The position numbers were made by a program, and so were the translations under genes. Below are positions 10,701 to 19,000 of a stretch of 64,000 nucleotides of DNA, piece after piece. The stretch is from an uncultured Pseudomonadota bacterium (GTDB taxonomy: Bacteria; Pseudomonadota; Alphaproteobacteria; Rs-D84): positions 231-64,230 of the forward strand of contig CASFWA010000001.1 of NCBI GenBank assembly GCA_949298405.1. Reading direction: 5' to 3'. Position 1 is the first letter of the stretch. The number at the start of each line of letters is the position of its first letter. Below the pieces are notes generated by a model. It saw only the letters and a list, made by a program, of their open reading frames with translations. It was not told the DNA's origin and did not search any database.

Positions 10701-10888
10701 ATACATTCTGCGTTTGCCAGCAACGACGATGTTGTCGAAGATGTACTGCCACTTGTAATATAAGCAGTCATCGTTGGCATACGTGAAGACGCAGTACCTA
10801 TTACACTAGGACGCGCCGTCAATGCAAAAGCCGCCGGAACAACGCCGAAAGCAGCCATAAATCCCATTGTTTTTTTCAGAAGACTCAT
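7775..10888 (-). CDS. Very large exported Cys-rich protein with tandemly duplicated 6-Cys module, helical A/T/K-rich region and C-terminal hydrophobic segment
   Basis: Start placed at the MSLLKK Met preceded by GGAGTGAG (RBS-like). Signal peptide present. The module C-x6-C-x6-C-x6-C-x12-C-x6-C occurs twice (aa about 75-130 and 169-224). Confidence 0.55.
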   Translation of the reverse strand: MSLLKKTMGFMAAFGVVPAAFALTARPSVIGTASSRMPTMTAYITSGSTSSTTSSLLANAECIEAYTSCLKGSDVCGANFEECTNKTLFFSKRPLCASTLLQCSTSGVNSLFGTSNQTLFTNKNSDGEYVYPTDGSVLGQLIEAASISNRLDTSDCVRRYTNCLKKEDVCGTDFELCTSNTEFKKQKLFCESTLARCQDDGLNELFGSTNTSANPTSNSRIGIMISEGAALAAVNAVSTCYKVVDQCFLNACASNPYKCKEGSSQEIIKYVENVNSTDGTLVSTSTSDLVQTTVSRSEVSGFLKNACLDTIGANKYCYATFLSNGVMPTNSQLRDEDNKDAIYSEAYSSRMNDSMRAKIDDLIAQFDKKVKERCSETIVSCAMRTCGEGSGAACYASAFNSANKVKGVTNPSTMEGIKMGCEAVVNNDTACQYAAATFDSVTGALIFEENSIFDKLFTAPDDVDASNPDPVGAVATLNASLSTSYNQSALDQMKKQCQSIATSCVKSMCGTDYQNCYRNRTDIYSTLTNTGNDSFDSSMNKVGGVLDHTIVLGLCLNTVKNNSVCEEHIKAEMARSSANSSYTANSWGSGITTVREGWLDAGNYSITAEVQDIDADGNLLCTTADNGDGVTGRCDDASGQYIYPKMVSQTTYAQNLAERQIFRDLIADLEMEAQAKYNAKLTKQQNMCMSSNAGGIVGNKDMGSTYMWVKLKNNKVPTNYSVAGLETKDFVASNDLYGSFCRIRITIQSDDKNIQDAIREGSDWSNAYFAAGDTFTCGSWIPSSALEEIGNAIAAESVEDKAESQKRTRTWLTVLGGLGSAIGGGYLFDSMQDGDFLGGLIGNSSSKSASANTVNTQNVTEEYDRILAFYKAETDGAKALTYGEALITLATNAKAASANIDSARKAVTTAAGSFVKDDNTVDTAAKTAAKTAANNELDSLKNAVSVAAGSANTTQNADATKENRTRSLINLGGAVASGVVGTLIVNKLTRDIQDTNLDSAEKAAYNEWMDSVGKHIRCYIGADEVGMYGDIISTSME
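10261..10711 (-). repeat. Intragenic tandem duplication (about 282-nt period) encoding two copies of a 6-Cys module
   Basis: Two about 56-aa segments align with identical Cys spacing (ECIEAYTSCLKGSDVCGANFEECT... / DCVRRYTNCLKKEDVCGTDFELCT...). The duplication is also visible as similar antisense ORF translations at 10236-10472 and 10542-10763. Confidence 0.7.
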
Positions 10889-10981
10889 TAGACTCACTCC
10901 ATACTTATTATTTAAGTATAACATAAAATACATTTTTGATAAAGAAAAATATACGCAAAAATAAATACTTTTAACAAATTT

Positions 10982-11008
10982 AAAAGGGGCTTTTGCCCCC
11001 CTTTTTCA
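10982..11008. terminator. Hairpin AAGGGGC-TTTT-GCCCCCC with T-run; terminator for rluD (-)
   Basis: GC stem flanked by A/T runs just 3' of the rluD stop. Confidence 0.55.
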
Positions 11009-11009
11009 C

Positions 11010-11972
11010 TTATCCTATTTCATCAAGAATACATTTTAATTCTTGCATATCATCGGGCATATGCGCCTTAAAATGCATTTCCTTTCCCGTCACAGGATGT
11101 TTGAAATCTAAAATCTCGGCATGCAACATCTGACCCGTATGTTCTTTTATAAATTCTAATAGTTCCGGATTTTTTACACTGCCTAATCTTGAAGAACCAC
11201 GTCCGTATACGGGGTCACACAAAACCGGAAAACCATGTGCCGACAAATGTACCCTTATCTGATGCGTTCTGCCCGTTAATAAATTACACCTGAACAACGA
11301 AACGCCTGCACGCGTCCACACATCTGCAACTGTCACTTCTGTATGAGCAGGTTTACCACCCGTCTTTACCATCGACATCTTCTGACGGTTCCTTGATGAA
11401 CGCGCAATATTACCTGTTATATCTGCGCTTTCCCAATTAGGAACACCCCAAACAAACGCAATATATTTTCTTGTCAAATCGTGTTCAGAAAAAGTCTTTA
11501 CCAACCCACGAAATGCCGCATCAGATTTTGCAAAAACCATTACACCACTGGTATCCTTGTCCAATCGATGAACAACACCTGGACGCGTCGCCCCACCCAG
11601 CGCAGACAAACTTGTATACGACAATATATTCTGAACCAAAGTCCCTGTTTTATTCCCAGCAGACGGGTACATAACCACACCACGCGGCTTATTTATTACA
11701 ATAATGTCTTCATCTTCGTATAAAATATCTAAATCAAAATCTGACGATATATTTTCTGCGGCAATATCTGTTTTTCGTTCTGGTATATCAACAACCACAA
11801 TATCCCCTAATTTTAACCGTTGTGAAAATTTTTCAGCAGAACCATTTACAGAAACATTAAATTTCTGTATTTCACTACGAGAAAAATCAGAAAGTTGTGC
11901 AACCAAAAATTTATCTAGCCGCAACCCGACTTCTTCTTCTGATACCACAAATTTTAAATTATCTTGTCGCAT
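11010..11972 (-). CDS. rluD: 23S rRNA pseudouridine synthase, RluA family (RluD-like) with N-terminal S4 domain
   Basis: S4-like N-terminus plus RluA catalytic motif HRLDKDTSGVMVFAK and downstream conserved blocks. Confidence 0.8.
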   Translation of the reverse strand: MRQDNLKFVVSEEEVGLRLDKFLVAQLSDFSRSEIQKFNVSVNGSAEKFSQRLKLGDIVVVDIPERKTDIAAENISSDFDLDILYEDEDIIVINKPRGVVMYPSAGNKTGTLVQNILSYTSLSALGGATRPGVVHRLDKDTSGVMVFAKSDAAFRGLVKTFSEHDLTRKYIAFVWGVPNWESADITGNIARSSRNRQKMSMVKTGGKPAHTEVTVADVWTRAGVSLFRCNLLTGRTHQIRVHLSAHGFPVLCDPVYGRGSSRLGSVKNPELLEFIKEHTGQMLHAEILDFKHPVTGKEMHFKAHMPDDMQELKCILDEIG

Positions 11973-11980
11973 ATAAAAAT

Positions 11981-12472
11981 CTACTTTATATCTTTCCAGT
12001 CTGTGCCTTTTTTACATTCGGACAAATTTATTGTTAATTCCCTGTCTTCACTTTCAACCGGGCATGTTAATAACCCTGTACTAACAGCCTGATCCGCTTC
12101 ACGCGTGGCATTCCGCCAAGTAAAATTTATCTCTTTCGGAGGATAGATACACGCAATTCTTAGTTCTCCTTCATGTTTGTCGTTCGGCCCCAACCAAACA
12201 CGCACACCTTCGCCAAGACCATAGCAAGGAAAACCATCTAAATAATATAAAACAAGCCCCTTGCCAACAAGACTTGATGAAGTTATAAATTTTCCACGAT
12301 ATTCATGATAAGACAATCCTGTAAGCCCTTCCCAATCCGTACTGGTAGAAAAAATACTAATACGCGGTTGGGGTGCAGGCGTTTCGCGATACCCAGGCCT
12401 ATTACCAGTCGCAGCCCAAGAACCAGACATACAAAGAAGTACCATAACAAATACGAAACCTAAATATTTCAT
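11981..12472 (-). CDS. Small exported hypothetical protein, operonic with pilin-like genes
   Basis: Signal peptide (MKYLGFVFVMVLLCMSGSWA). Its start overlaps the upstream gene stop as ATGA (12469-12472). Confidence 0.45.
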   Translation of the reverse strand: MKYLGFVFVMVLLCMSGSWAATGNRPGYRETPAPQPRISIFSTSTDWEGLTGLSYHEYRGKFITSSSLVGKGLVLYYLDGFPCYGLGEGVRVWLGPNDKHEGELRIACIYPPKEINFTWRNATREADQAVSTGLLTCPVESEDRELTINLSECKKGTDWKDIK

Positions 12473-12996
12473 TTTCCCCCCCCTGTTTTTTCTAGTTCTA
12501 CTGCTATTTTCTTTACATTCTGTGTCGGAACAGATAACACATGCATAAACTTTGCATTACTGCCAGAATCAAGTAATGTAGCAGGCGGCATAAAACGTTG
12601 TCTATCAACAACTTTACCAGAATCATCATAAGAAACTATTATTATCCAAGGCACACCATAAATCTGGTCAGACCTGTTATGAACCTGACCACTAACCACA
12701 AAACGAACAATACCAGAATCATCTGTGACTGTGTTTATTTCCGAAACCTCGGCTATTAAAGGGTTTTCTTGTATTATTTTTATTCGATGTTGTGCAATAA
12801 CCGCAACTGCAAAAACACCAGCCGCCAATAAAGCGCAACAAGCAGCAATAAATGTTAACCACGCATTACGACGAGGAGGCCTTTGTACAGTCCATGTATT
12901 ACCACATACCGCACACTTTACTGGCCCCTTGGGAACAGAATCTAATGAATATTCTGTTTTACAAAAATTACAAACTGTTTTCATACGACGATTCAT
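12469..12996 (-). CDS. Zinc-ribbon (MJ0042-type CxxC...CxxC) single-pass membrane protein, DUF3426-like
   Basis: N-terminal CNFCKTEY...CAVCGNTW, then a TM helix (LTFIAACCALLAAGVFAVAVIA) and a C-terminal domain; translationally coupled on both sides. Confidence 0.6.
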   Translation of the reverse strand: MNRRMKTVCNFCKTEYSLDSVPKGPVKCAVCGNTWTVQRPPRRNAWLTFIAACCALLAAGVFAVAVIAQHRIKIIQENPLIAEVSEINTVTDDSGIVRFVVSGQVHNRSDQIYGVPWIIIVSYDDSGKVVDRQRFMPPATLLDSGSNAKFMHVLSVPTQNVKKIAVELEKTGGGK

Positions 12997-13004
12997 AGCA
13001 TATT

Positions 13005-14327
13005 TTATTCCAAATTCAACTTTCTATATTTCGCACTAACTGTCTTTTGTATATCTTTTATCGCATTCATATAGTCGGATACTGTGGCATTACTATTTGC
13101 AGAAACCGCACTAAATATTCTTCCAGACTCTGTATTTTTCCCGTTTTCTTCATAAGTCGCCATAACCGCCATACGATTTAAATCTTCAAATTCTACATCT
13201 AAAAAATTTGCAACCCCCAATTTTACATCCCAGTAATAATTAGGATTAATCGAATCTTCTATTCTATTATAAACAACCAGACGAGGAGTAATAGACCCAG
13301 CAAAACCAACCGTGACATACATTGTATCTATACGTCCTGATGTCATATCAATAGACTTATTAACCTTTAAAACAACAGGCTCATTATCATATGTATACGA
13401 TGAAAAACCACCCAAAGTCATATTAGAAACCCATAAATCATCAGTTGTAAAACTAGAAAACTTCGCGGTATCATCTAAACTTAACACGCCAGAAACTTCC
13501 ATAGTTCTGGAATCCGCAGACATAATGCCAGACACAGTTGCACTTGCCGTCTCGAAAGATTTATCTATTGTTGTTCTATTTTCAAAAATCGTATTATTTG
13601 CAACCGCAACCCCCAAAGTCAATGTTTCATCAAACTGTGCACCAGAAGCATTAAAGAAAGACGTATTTATAATATCATGCCCACCTAAATTTAACCCCGA
13701 TAGCATTGTCGCATCAGACGGATTTTCTGACGGGACCCGCCACAAATATAATGCATTGTCACGATTAACAGATGTTGTTTCTACGATACCACCAGAAACA
13801 GTTAAACCTAAATCAACAGTATCAATATGCCAAGCACCAAACGTACCATATGCACGATTACCTTCGATAAACCCCATAGAATCCCCACCAAGCGCAACTA
13901 TTTCACGTGTTCTAAGCGGTGAAATTTCATCAGAATTAAAAACTATAACTCCCTGCAAGGTGGCTTTGTCATCAAGGTCATTAGACTTTAAGATTCTTAA
14001 TTGATAGTTATCTGCTGACGCTTCAACCAAATCAGCCGACACACCATAATCTACCAAATCCGCTAAATTAACTCTTGTGATATTTCTACCAACTGTATTT
14101 AATAAAGTTTCGCGATTATCAAGAATATAACGTTCCAGCGCAGTCTGTATATTCCCCATCTGATTTGTTATTGCTATATTCTCTGCACGTAATGCAGCAT
14201 TTTTCTGATATTTGAAAATAAACGGCATTACTATTGCTGCCAATGCGACACTCATCAGCAACTCTATCAACATACTACCCTGTTGCATATCGTTGTTTCT
14301 GAAAAAAATCTCTTTTCTTTTCTTCAT
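13005..14327 (-). CDS. Giant pilin/pseudopilin-like protein, paralog 1 (class III signal G|SMLIE)
   Basis: N-terminus ...QQG-SMLIELLMSVALAAIVMPF with Glu at +5 and a hydrophobic helix. The start at the MKKRK Met forms an ATGA overlap with the upstream gene stop. Shares a central LxxLNLGG motif with paralogs 2 and 3. Confidence 0.6.
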   Translation of the reverse strand: MKKRKEIFFRNNDMQQGSMLIELLMSVALAAIVMPFIFKYQKNAALRAENIAITNQMGNIQTALERYILDNRETLLNTVGRNITRVNLADLVDYGVSADLVEASADNYQLRILKSNDLDDKATLQGVIVFNSDEISPLRTREIVALGGDSMGFIEGNRAYGTFGAWHIDTVDLGLTVSGGIVETTSVNRDNALYLWRVPSENPSDATMLSGLNLGGHDIINTSFFNASGAQFDETLTLGVAVANNTIFENRTTIDKSFETASATVSGIMSADSRTMEVSGVLSLDDTAKFSSFTTDDLWVSNMTLGGFSSYTYDNEPVVLKVNKSIDMTSGRIDTMYVTVGFAGSITPRLVVYNRIEDSINPNYYWDVKLGVANFLDVEFEDLNRMAVMATYEENGKNTESGRIFSAVSANSNATVSDYMNAIKDIQKTVSAKYRKLNLE

Positions 14328-15526
14328 CTGACTTCCTTTGGCATAGCAGACTGCCATCCCTTAGACAATATTACTTTAAACGATTCTTTTGATGGCGCAG
14401 ACGGTTTTTCAGCACGACTTAATGTCAAAGATGCAAATCGTGGAGGCGTAAGCGACGGGAACACCCACGAGCCTATTTTTAGCGGTGCGGTTGTAGACAT
14501 CAATAATTCGCCAGATATTGTTAACCCAAAATTATCATAAAAAACTATTTCTTCTGTTGAAACATAAGATGTTGTCACAGAATGCGCCGCAATACCAGTA
14601 AAAGCACTTATCGTCCTAGATGTATCAGACTTTAAATTTAAATTATTTGCAATATTTACAGAATTATTTACTGTCGCCCTATCTGTAATTATACGCCCCT
14701 TGGTAGTATATTTATTTCCATTTAATGAATTAGCATATATATTTCGAAACCCAGATATATCACCAGTCACACGCAAACTACCTAAATATGCAGTATCCCC
14801 ATAAAGATTGGCACCAGAAGAAAAATAAATCGTATTAGATAATAAACTACCACTTTCAATAAACGAAGTAGACGCATTCTTTATTTCTGCTGATTTTGCT
14901 ATTACCCCACCAACACCAAAGACATTTTTGTCATCCATATTTAAATCACGCAACATCATATTTAATTTGTCTTCACCATTAGTTGTACGGTGTAAATATT
15001 TTGATTTGTCTTCCCCTTCTATATCACGCGATATACGATATATTAAATCCCCTTCTTTAAAATCCGGCGCAGCAACCGCCCATGTATCACCATATGCAAC
15101 CCCGTCAATTCCAACTACTGCCGCATCCATACCTATATGCTTTGCAACTTGCATTGTGCGCAAATCGCTTTCATCTAAATCAAAAGACAAATAAACATCT
15201 GTAACTGTCGCACCATTTACATAATACTTATCAATAAATCCTGTTGACGGTAATTCCGATATCTCATCTAATTCTTCATCAGACAACTTTATCTGCGCAA
15301 TATCTGGCCAACTCGCCTGATTTAACCTTACATAATTTAAAACATCATCGCGCAAAGATATTATCTTTTTCGCCTCTACCATATCTCGTAAAGAATTATT
15401 TGTTTCACTAATCTGACTGTATAAAAACGGGGTTGCCATAGCAACAATAGCCATAGCCAGTAAAACTTCTAGCATACTGGAACCATGTTCAGATTCTAAA
15501 AATTTCTTTGTTTTATAAACAGCCAC
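14324..15526 (-). CDS. Giant pilin/pseudopilin-like protein, paralog 2 (class III signal G|SSMLE)
   Basis: N-terminus ...EHG-SSMLEVLLAMAIVAMATPF with Glu at +5. Central motif LRDLNMDD..VFGVGG. Overlaps the upstream gene by 14 nt. Confidence 0.6.
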   Translation of the reverse strand: MAVYKTKKFLESEHGSSMLEVLLAMAIVAMATPFLYSQISETNNSLRDMVEAKKIISLRDDVLNYVRLNQASWPDIAQIKLSDEELDEISELPSTGFIDKYYVNGATVTDVYLSFDLDESDLRTMQVAKHIGMDAAVVGIDGVAYGDTWAVAAPDFKEGDLIYRISRDIEGEDKSKYLHRTTNGEDKLNMMLRDLNMDDKNVFGVGGVIAKSAEIKNASTSFIESGSLLSNTIYFSSGANLYGDTAYLGSLRVTGDISGFRNIYANSLNGNKYTTKGRIITDRATVNNSVNIANNLNLKSDTSRTISAFTGIAAHSVTTSYVSTEEIVFYDNFGLTISGELLMSTTAPLKIGSWVFPSLTPPRFASLTLSRAEKPSAPSKESFKVILSKGWQSAMPKEVR

Positions 15527-16868
15527 TTTTACCTTCCAACAAACACTGCTTTATGTCTATTCTTTTCTCTAATCTTTGCCAAAATACATACTGGCAAATT
15601 ATATATTGTGATAAAGACTTCTGATTATAACGACCTTCTAAATCTGTTATTATTGATTTGCAATCAACTGTTTTTCCATCGTCTGACGAAGGTTTATCAA
15701 TAATAGCAAAAACAGAATTATCAACTGAATCCAATAACGCATCCGGCAAAACAGATGTCCCAGCAGGCCTGATATCTAAAACAACAGCACCTGTTTCACC
15801 CCTATTTAACGCATCAGATGTTTGGTCACGCATCGTGATATTCGATGCAGCAATATACCCCGTTTCTATTCCACTTCTAGAACTATATAGTAGATTATCT
15901 GGATCAATATAAACGTCTTGTCCACGCGACACATTTATAAAAGAATCAACCTCAAGTCTTTCTAAACTAAAATTGATATTATCCGTAATAACATCACCAC
16001 CAACATTCCATTTTGTCGGTCCATAAAAACTATTTTTACCTGCACTCATTGCAAAATCATATACAGACGCAGAAAACGATTCAAAATTCCCCGTATCACC
16101 AAATTTAGAAATAGTCTTTGCATTCACAGAATTAACGAACAAAGTACCACGCGTGACGGACAAAGCAGCCTCGCCTGATTGACTTTGAAATACCGCTTTT
16201 TCAGAAGCCATTACTTCTATTTCATTTTTTGTTTTACGACCGTTTTCTTCCCCGAACAAAGATAATGTACCAAATTGCCCAGTTTCAAACTCACCACGTC
16301 TTGCAAAAACATCCCCCGCATTATTAAAAACAAAACCTCCCATATTCAAATCAGTCAAAAACGCACTATTATCTAAATTCTTTTCATTCCTTTTTACAAC
16401 ATCAGAATAAACTTCATTTAAAGCCAAGCCGACTATCACCCTGTCGCCTTCGGCCGCTGCATAAAAACCTATTCTACGAACAAGTTCCGCAATCTGAATC
16501 CCCGATAAATCACCACCCGTCAATTCAAGATACGCACTTACTTGTGTAGCATCTTTATTTATAACCAAAGCAATATCCTGCCCAAGTGCTGTACGCGGGA
16601 CAAAACCTAATGGCAAACCATATGGTTCTAGCAAATCGGCAAAAGCGTTGCCAGAAATTACAGTCGTATTATAAGGTAAATCATTAGCACGTTCGCGAAT
16701 AAAAATTCGTGCCGCAGTCTGTGCAGTTTCTACCTTTCGCGTAGAAGAATACATCTGCGCATCCACATCCCTTGAACTTAACCGTTGCGCAAAAAATGGG
16801 ATAAAAGAAAACATTAATGTCAATGCTAACAAAGCTTGTAATAAAAAATTTCCACTTTGTTTTTGCAC
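15513..16868 (-). CDS. Giant pilin/pseudopilin-like protein, paralog 3 (atypical leader G|NFLLQ)
   Basis: N-terminus MQKQSG-NFLLQALLALTLMFSFIPFF with Gln instead of Glu at +5. Central motif LTDLNMGGFVFNNAGDVF shared with paralogs. First gene of the operon. Confidence 0.55.
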   Translation of the reverse strand: MQKQSGNFLLQALLALTLMFSFIPFFAQRLSSRDVDAQMYSSTRKVETAQTAARIFIRERANDLPYNTTVISGNAFADLLEPYGLPLGFVPRTALGQDIALVINKDATQVSAYLELTGGDLSGIQIAELVRRIGFYAAAEGDRVIVGLALNEVYSDVVKRNEKNLDNSAFLTDLNMGGFVFNNAGDVFARRGEFETGQFGTLSLFGEENGRKTKNEIEVMASEKAVFQSQSGEAALSVTRGTLFVNSVNAKTISKFGDTGNFESFSASVYDFAMSAGKNSFYGPTKWNVGGDVITDNINFSLERLEVDSFINVSRGQDVYIDPDNLLYSSRSGIETGYIAASNITMRDQTSDALNRGETGAVVLDIRPAGTSVLPDALLDSVDNSVFAIIDKPSSDDGKTVDCKSIITDLEGRYNQKSLSQYIICQYVFWQRLEKRIDIKQCLLEGKSGCL

Positions 16869-17015
16869 TATCTTCCTCCTACACCTGCAAGAATAGCAAC
16901 TGAAAAAAAATATTGCAATCAGTTTTAAGATACTTTACTATTTAACTTGTTGATAGATGATAACGAATAAAAACGTTATTATTTAAGTTATAATTTCCTA
17001 TAATAAAGAAAAGAA

Positions 17016-17360
17016 ATGCAAAGTAAAAAAAATCAATCGTCTGTTGGGCTGATGATTCAGCGCTGCCACAAATGGCGTCAAAAAAGAAAACAATATATGG
17101 ATTTAGCACGTCAAACTGCTGATGAAATCGAACGCGAAAGACTAATGCAAGCAGCAGAGCATTACGGTCGTATCGTAACCGCAGAACAAGGTAAAATTGA
17201 TTCTACGCGCGACCCAAAAGATAAAGCACCTGCTATCGAAGAAACAATCGACAGTACTGATATAGTAGATTCAGCAGAGTCAGTTGACTCTACAGATACC
17301 GCAGACACAACAGATGAAGAAGAAACAACTTTCCCAGACTTTATAACAGATTTAAAATAA
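17016..17360 (+). CDS. DUF4167-like small basic/acidic protein
   Basis: N-terminal basic region then RERLMQAAEHYGRI motif and an acidic S/T/D tail; this family is common upstream of dnaX in alphaproteobacteria. Confidence 0.5.
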   Translation: MQSKKNQSSVGLMIQRCHKWRQKRKQYMDLARQTADEIERERLMQAAEHYGRIVTAEQGKIDSTRDPKDKAPAIEETIDSTDIVDSAESVDSTDTADTTDEEETTFPDFITDLK

Positions 17361-17439
17361 TAAACTGCATTTAATTTCATACTTTATTTGTTGAAATTTA
17401 ACGGCGTTTTGCTATGCTTCCCACAAAGGAAGTTTTAGC

Positions 17440-18984
17440 ATGAGTAGTAATTACACTGTTTTAGCCCGCAAATATCGCAGTCAGGATTTTAATTCTCTTA
17501 TAGGTCAGGAAGTTTTAGTAAAAACTTTAACTACTGCAATTAATACGGGGCGTATTGCACACGCTTATATTTTTACTGGCATTCGTGGTACAGGTAAAAC
17601 AAGTACCGCAAGAATTCTGGCAAAGGCGTTAAACTGTTTGTCTTCTGACGGTCCTACTGCAACACCATGCGGAAAATGTGAAAACTGTAAGGCAATTACA
17701 GCAGGTCAACATATTGACGTTCTTGAAATTGACGCCGCTTCACATACCGGTGTTGACAATATGCGCGATATATTAGATGCTGCACAATACAGACCAACAA
17801 ATGGCAGATACAAAATATATATTATCGACGAAGTACACATGCTTTCTATCCCGGCGTTTAACGCATTACTAAAAACGTTGGAAGAACCACCTGCTCATGT
17901 AATCTTTATTCTGGCAACAACAGAAATCAGAAAAATTCCTGTCACAATATTATCGCGCTGTCAAAGATTTGACCTTGTTCGCGTTCCTGTTGAAACACTT
18001 AAAAAACATTTTGCATGGATTGCAGAACAAGAAAAAATCGAACTATCTGATGGCGCAAACGAATTATTAGCACGCGCAGCAGACGGTTCTGTACGCGATG
18101 GACTGTCATTATTAGACCAAGCAATCGCTCAGACAGGCGGGAAGGTAGATGAAAAAGCCGTTTTAAATATGTTAAAACGCGCTGACCGCGGTGTTGTTGT
18201 CGATTTTATGAAAATATTGCTATCTGGTGATACTGCTGCGGCACTTGAAAAAGCAGATGAAATTTATACTAACGGCGCAGATTTATCCATGCTATTAAGC
18301 GATATGATGGAATGGACACATTGGGCAACACGTATGCATCCTGCTTTACATGCGGGCGATATACAAAACTCTCCGTACACAATTGACCAACGCGAACAAA
18401 TAAAAGAAATTAATTCTAAGGTTTCTTTAAATACTCTTTCACGCATTTGGCAAGTAATGGTTGCCGCCGTTCCTGAAATGCAGGCCGCAGGCAATCAAAA
18501 ACAATGTTTTGATATGTTGGTCGTCAGATTGATGCATATTGCAGATATGCCTTCAATTCCTGAAATACTAAAAAAACAAGAAAGCATAAAGCAGTCTGCT
18601 GAACCTAAAACTTCCAAACCTTTACCGGATGCACCGGTTGCAGATAAACCTAAAATTTCTTCAGCATCTGAATTAGCAACCGCACTACAAAGTTCAAAAG
18701 AAATATTACTATACTCTTATTATAGCAGTAATATAGAAATCGTAGAGTTTTCTGACGGAAAAATAAAATACTTTGATAGAAAAGGTGATTTAGATTTTAC
18801 ACAAAAATTATCCACTTGGTTATCTGAAAAAACAGGTCATCCTTGGATTCTTGAAAGACAAATGGAATCAACGCATACACAAACCGTCACAGAACAAAAA
18901 CAAGAAGAACTTGAAGCAGACCCCATGGTCGCAAGTGCTATGAGTCTTTTTGAAGACGCAGAAATTGTCGGCGTGTCAAAATAA
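17440..18984 (+). CDS. dnaX: DNA polymerase III subunit tau (and possibly gamma)
   Basis: AAA+ clamp-loader motifs (GIRGTGKTS, CxxCxxC zinc module, DEVHML, SRC-motif TILSRCQRF). Confidence 0.9.
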   Translation: MSSNYTVLARKYRSQDFNSLIGQEVLVKTLTTAINTGRIAHAYIFTGIRGTGKTSTARILAKALNCLSSDGPTATPCGKCENCKAITAGQHIDVLEIDAASHTGVDNMRDILDAAQYRPTNGRYKIYIIDEVHMLSIPAFNALLKTLEEPPAHVIFILATTEIRKIPVTILSRCQRFDLVRVPVETLKKHFAWIAEQEKIELSDGANELLARAADGSVRDGLSLLDQAIAQTGGKVDEKAVLNMLKRADRGVVVDFMKILLSGDTAAALEKADEIYTNGADLSMLLSDMMEWTHWATRMHPALHAGDIQNSPYTIDQREQIKEINSKVSLNTLSRIWQVMVAAVPEMQAAGNQKQCFDMLVVRLMHIADMPSIPEILKKQESIKQSAEPKTSKPLPDAPVADKPKISSASELATALQSSKEILLYSYYSSNIEIVEFSDGKIKYFDRKGDLDFTQKLSTWLSEKTGHPWILERQMESTHTQTVTEQKQEELEADPMVASAMSLFEDAEIVGVSK

Positions 18985-19000
18985 ACACAAGGATAAAAAA

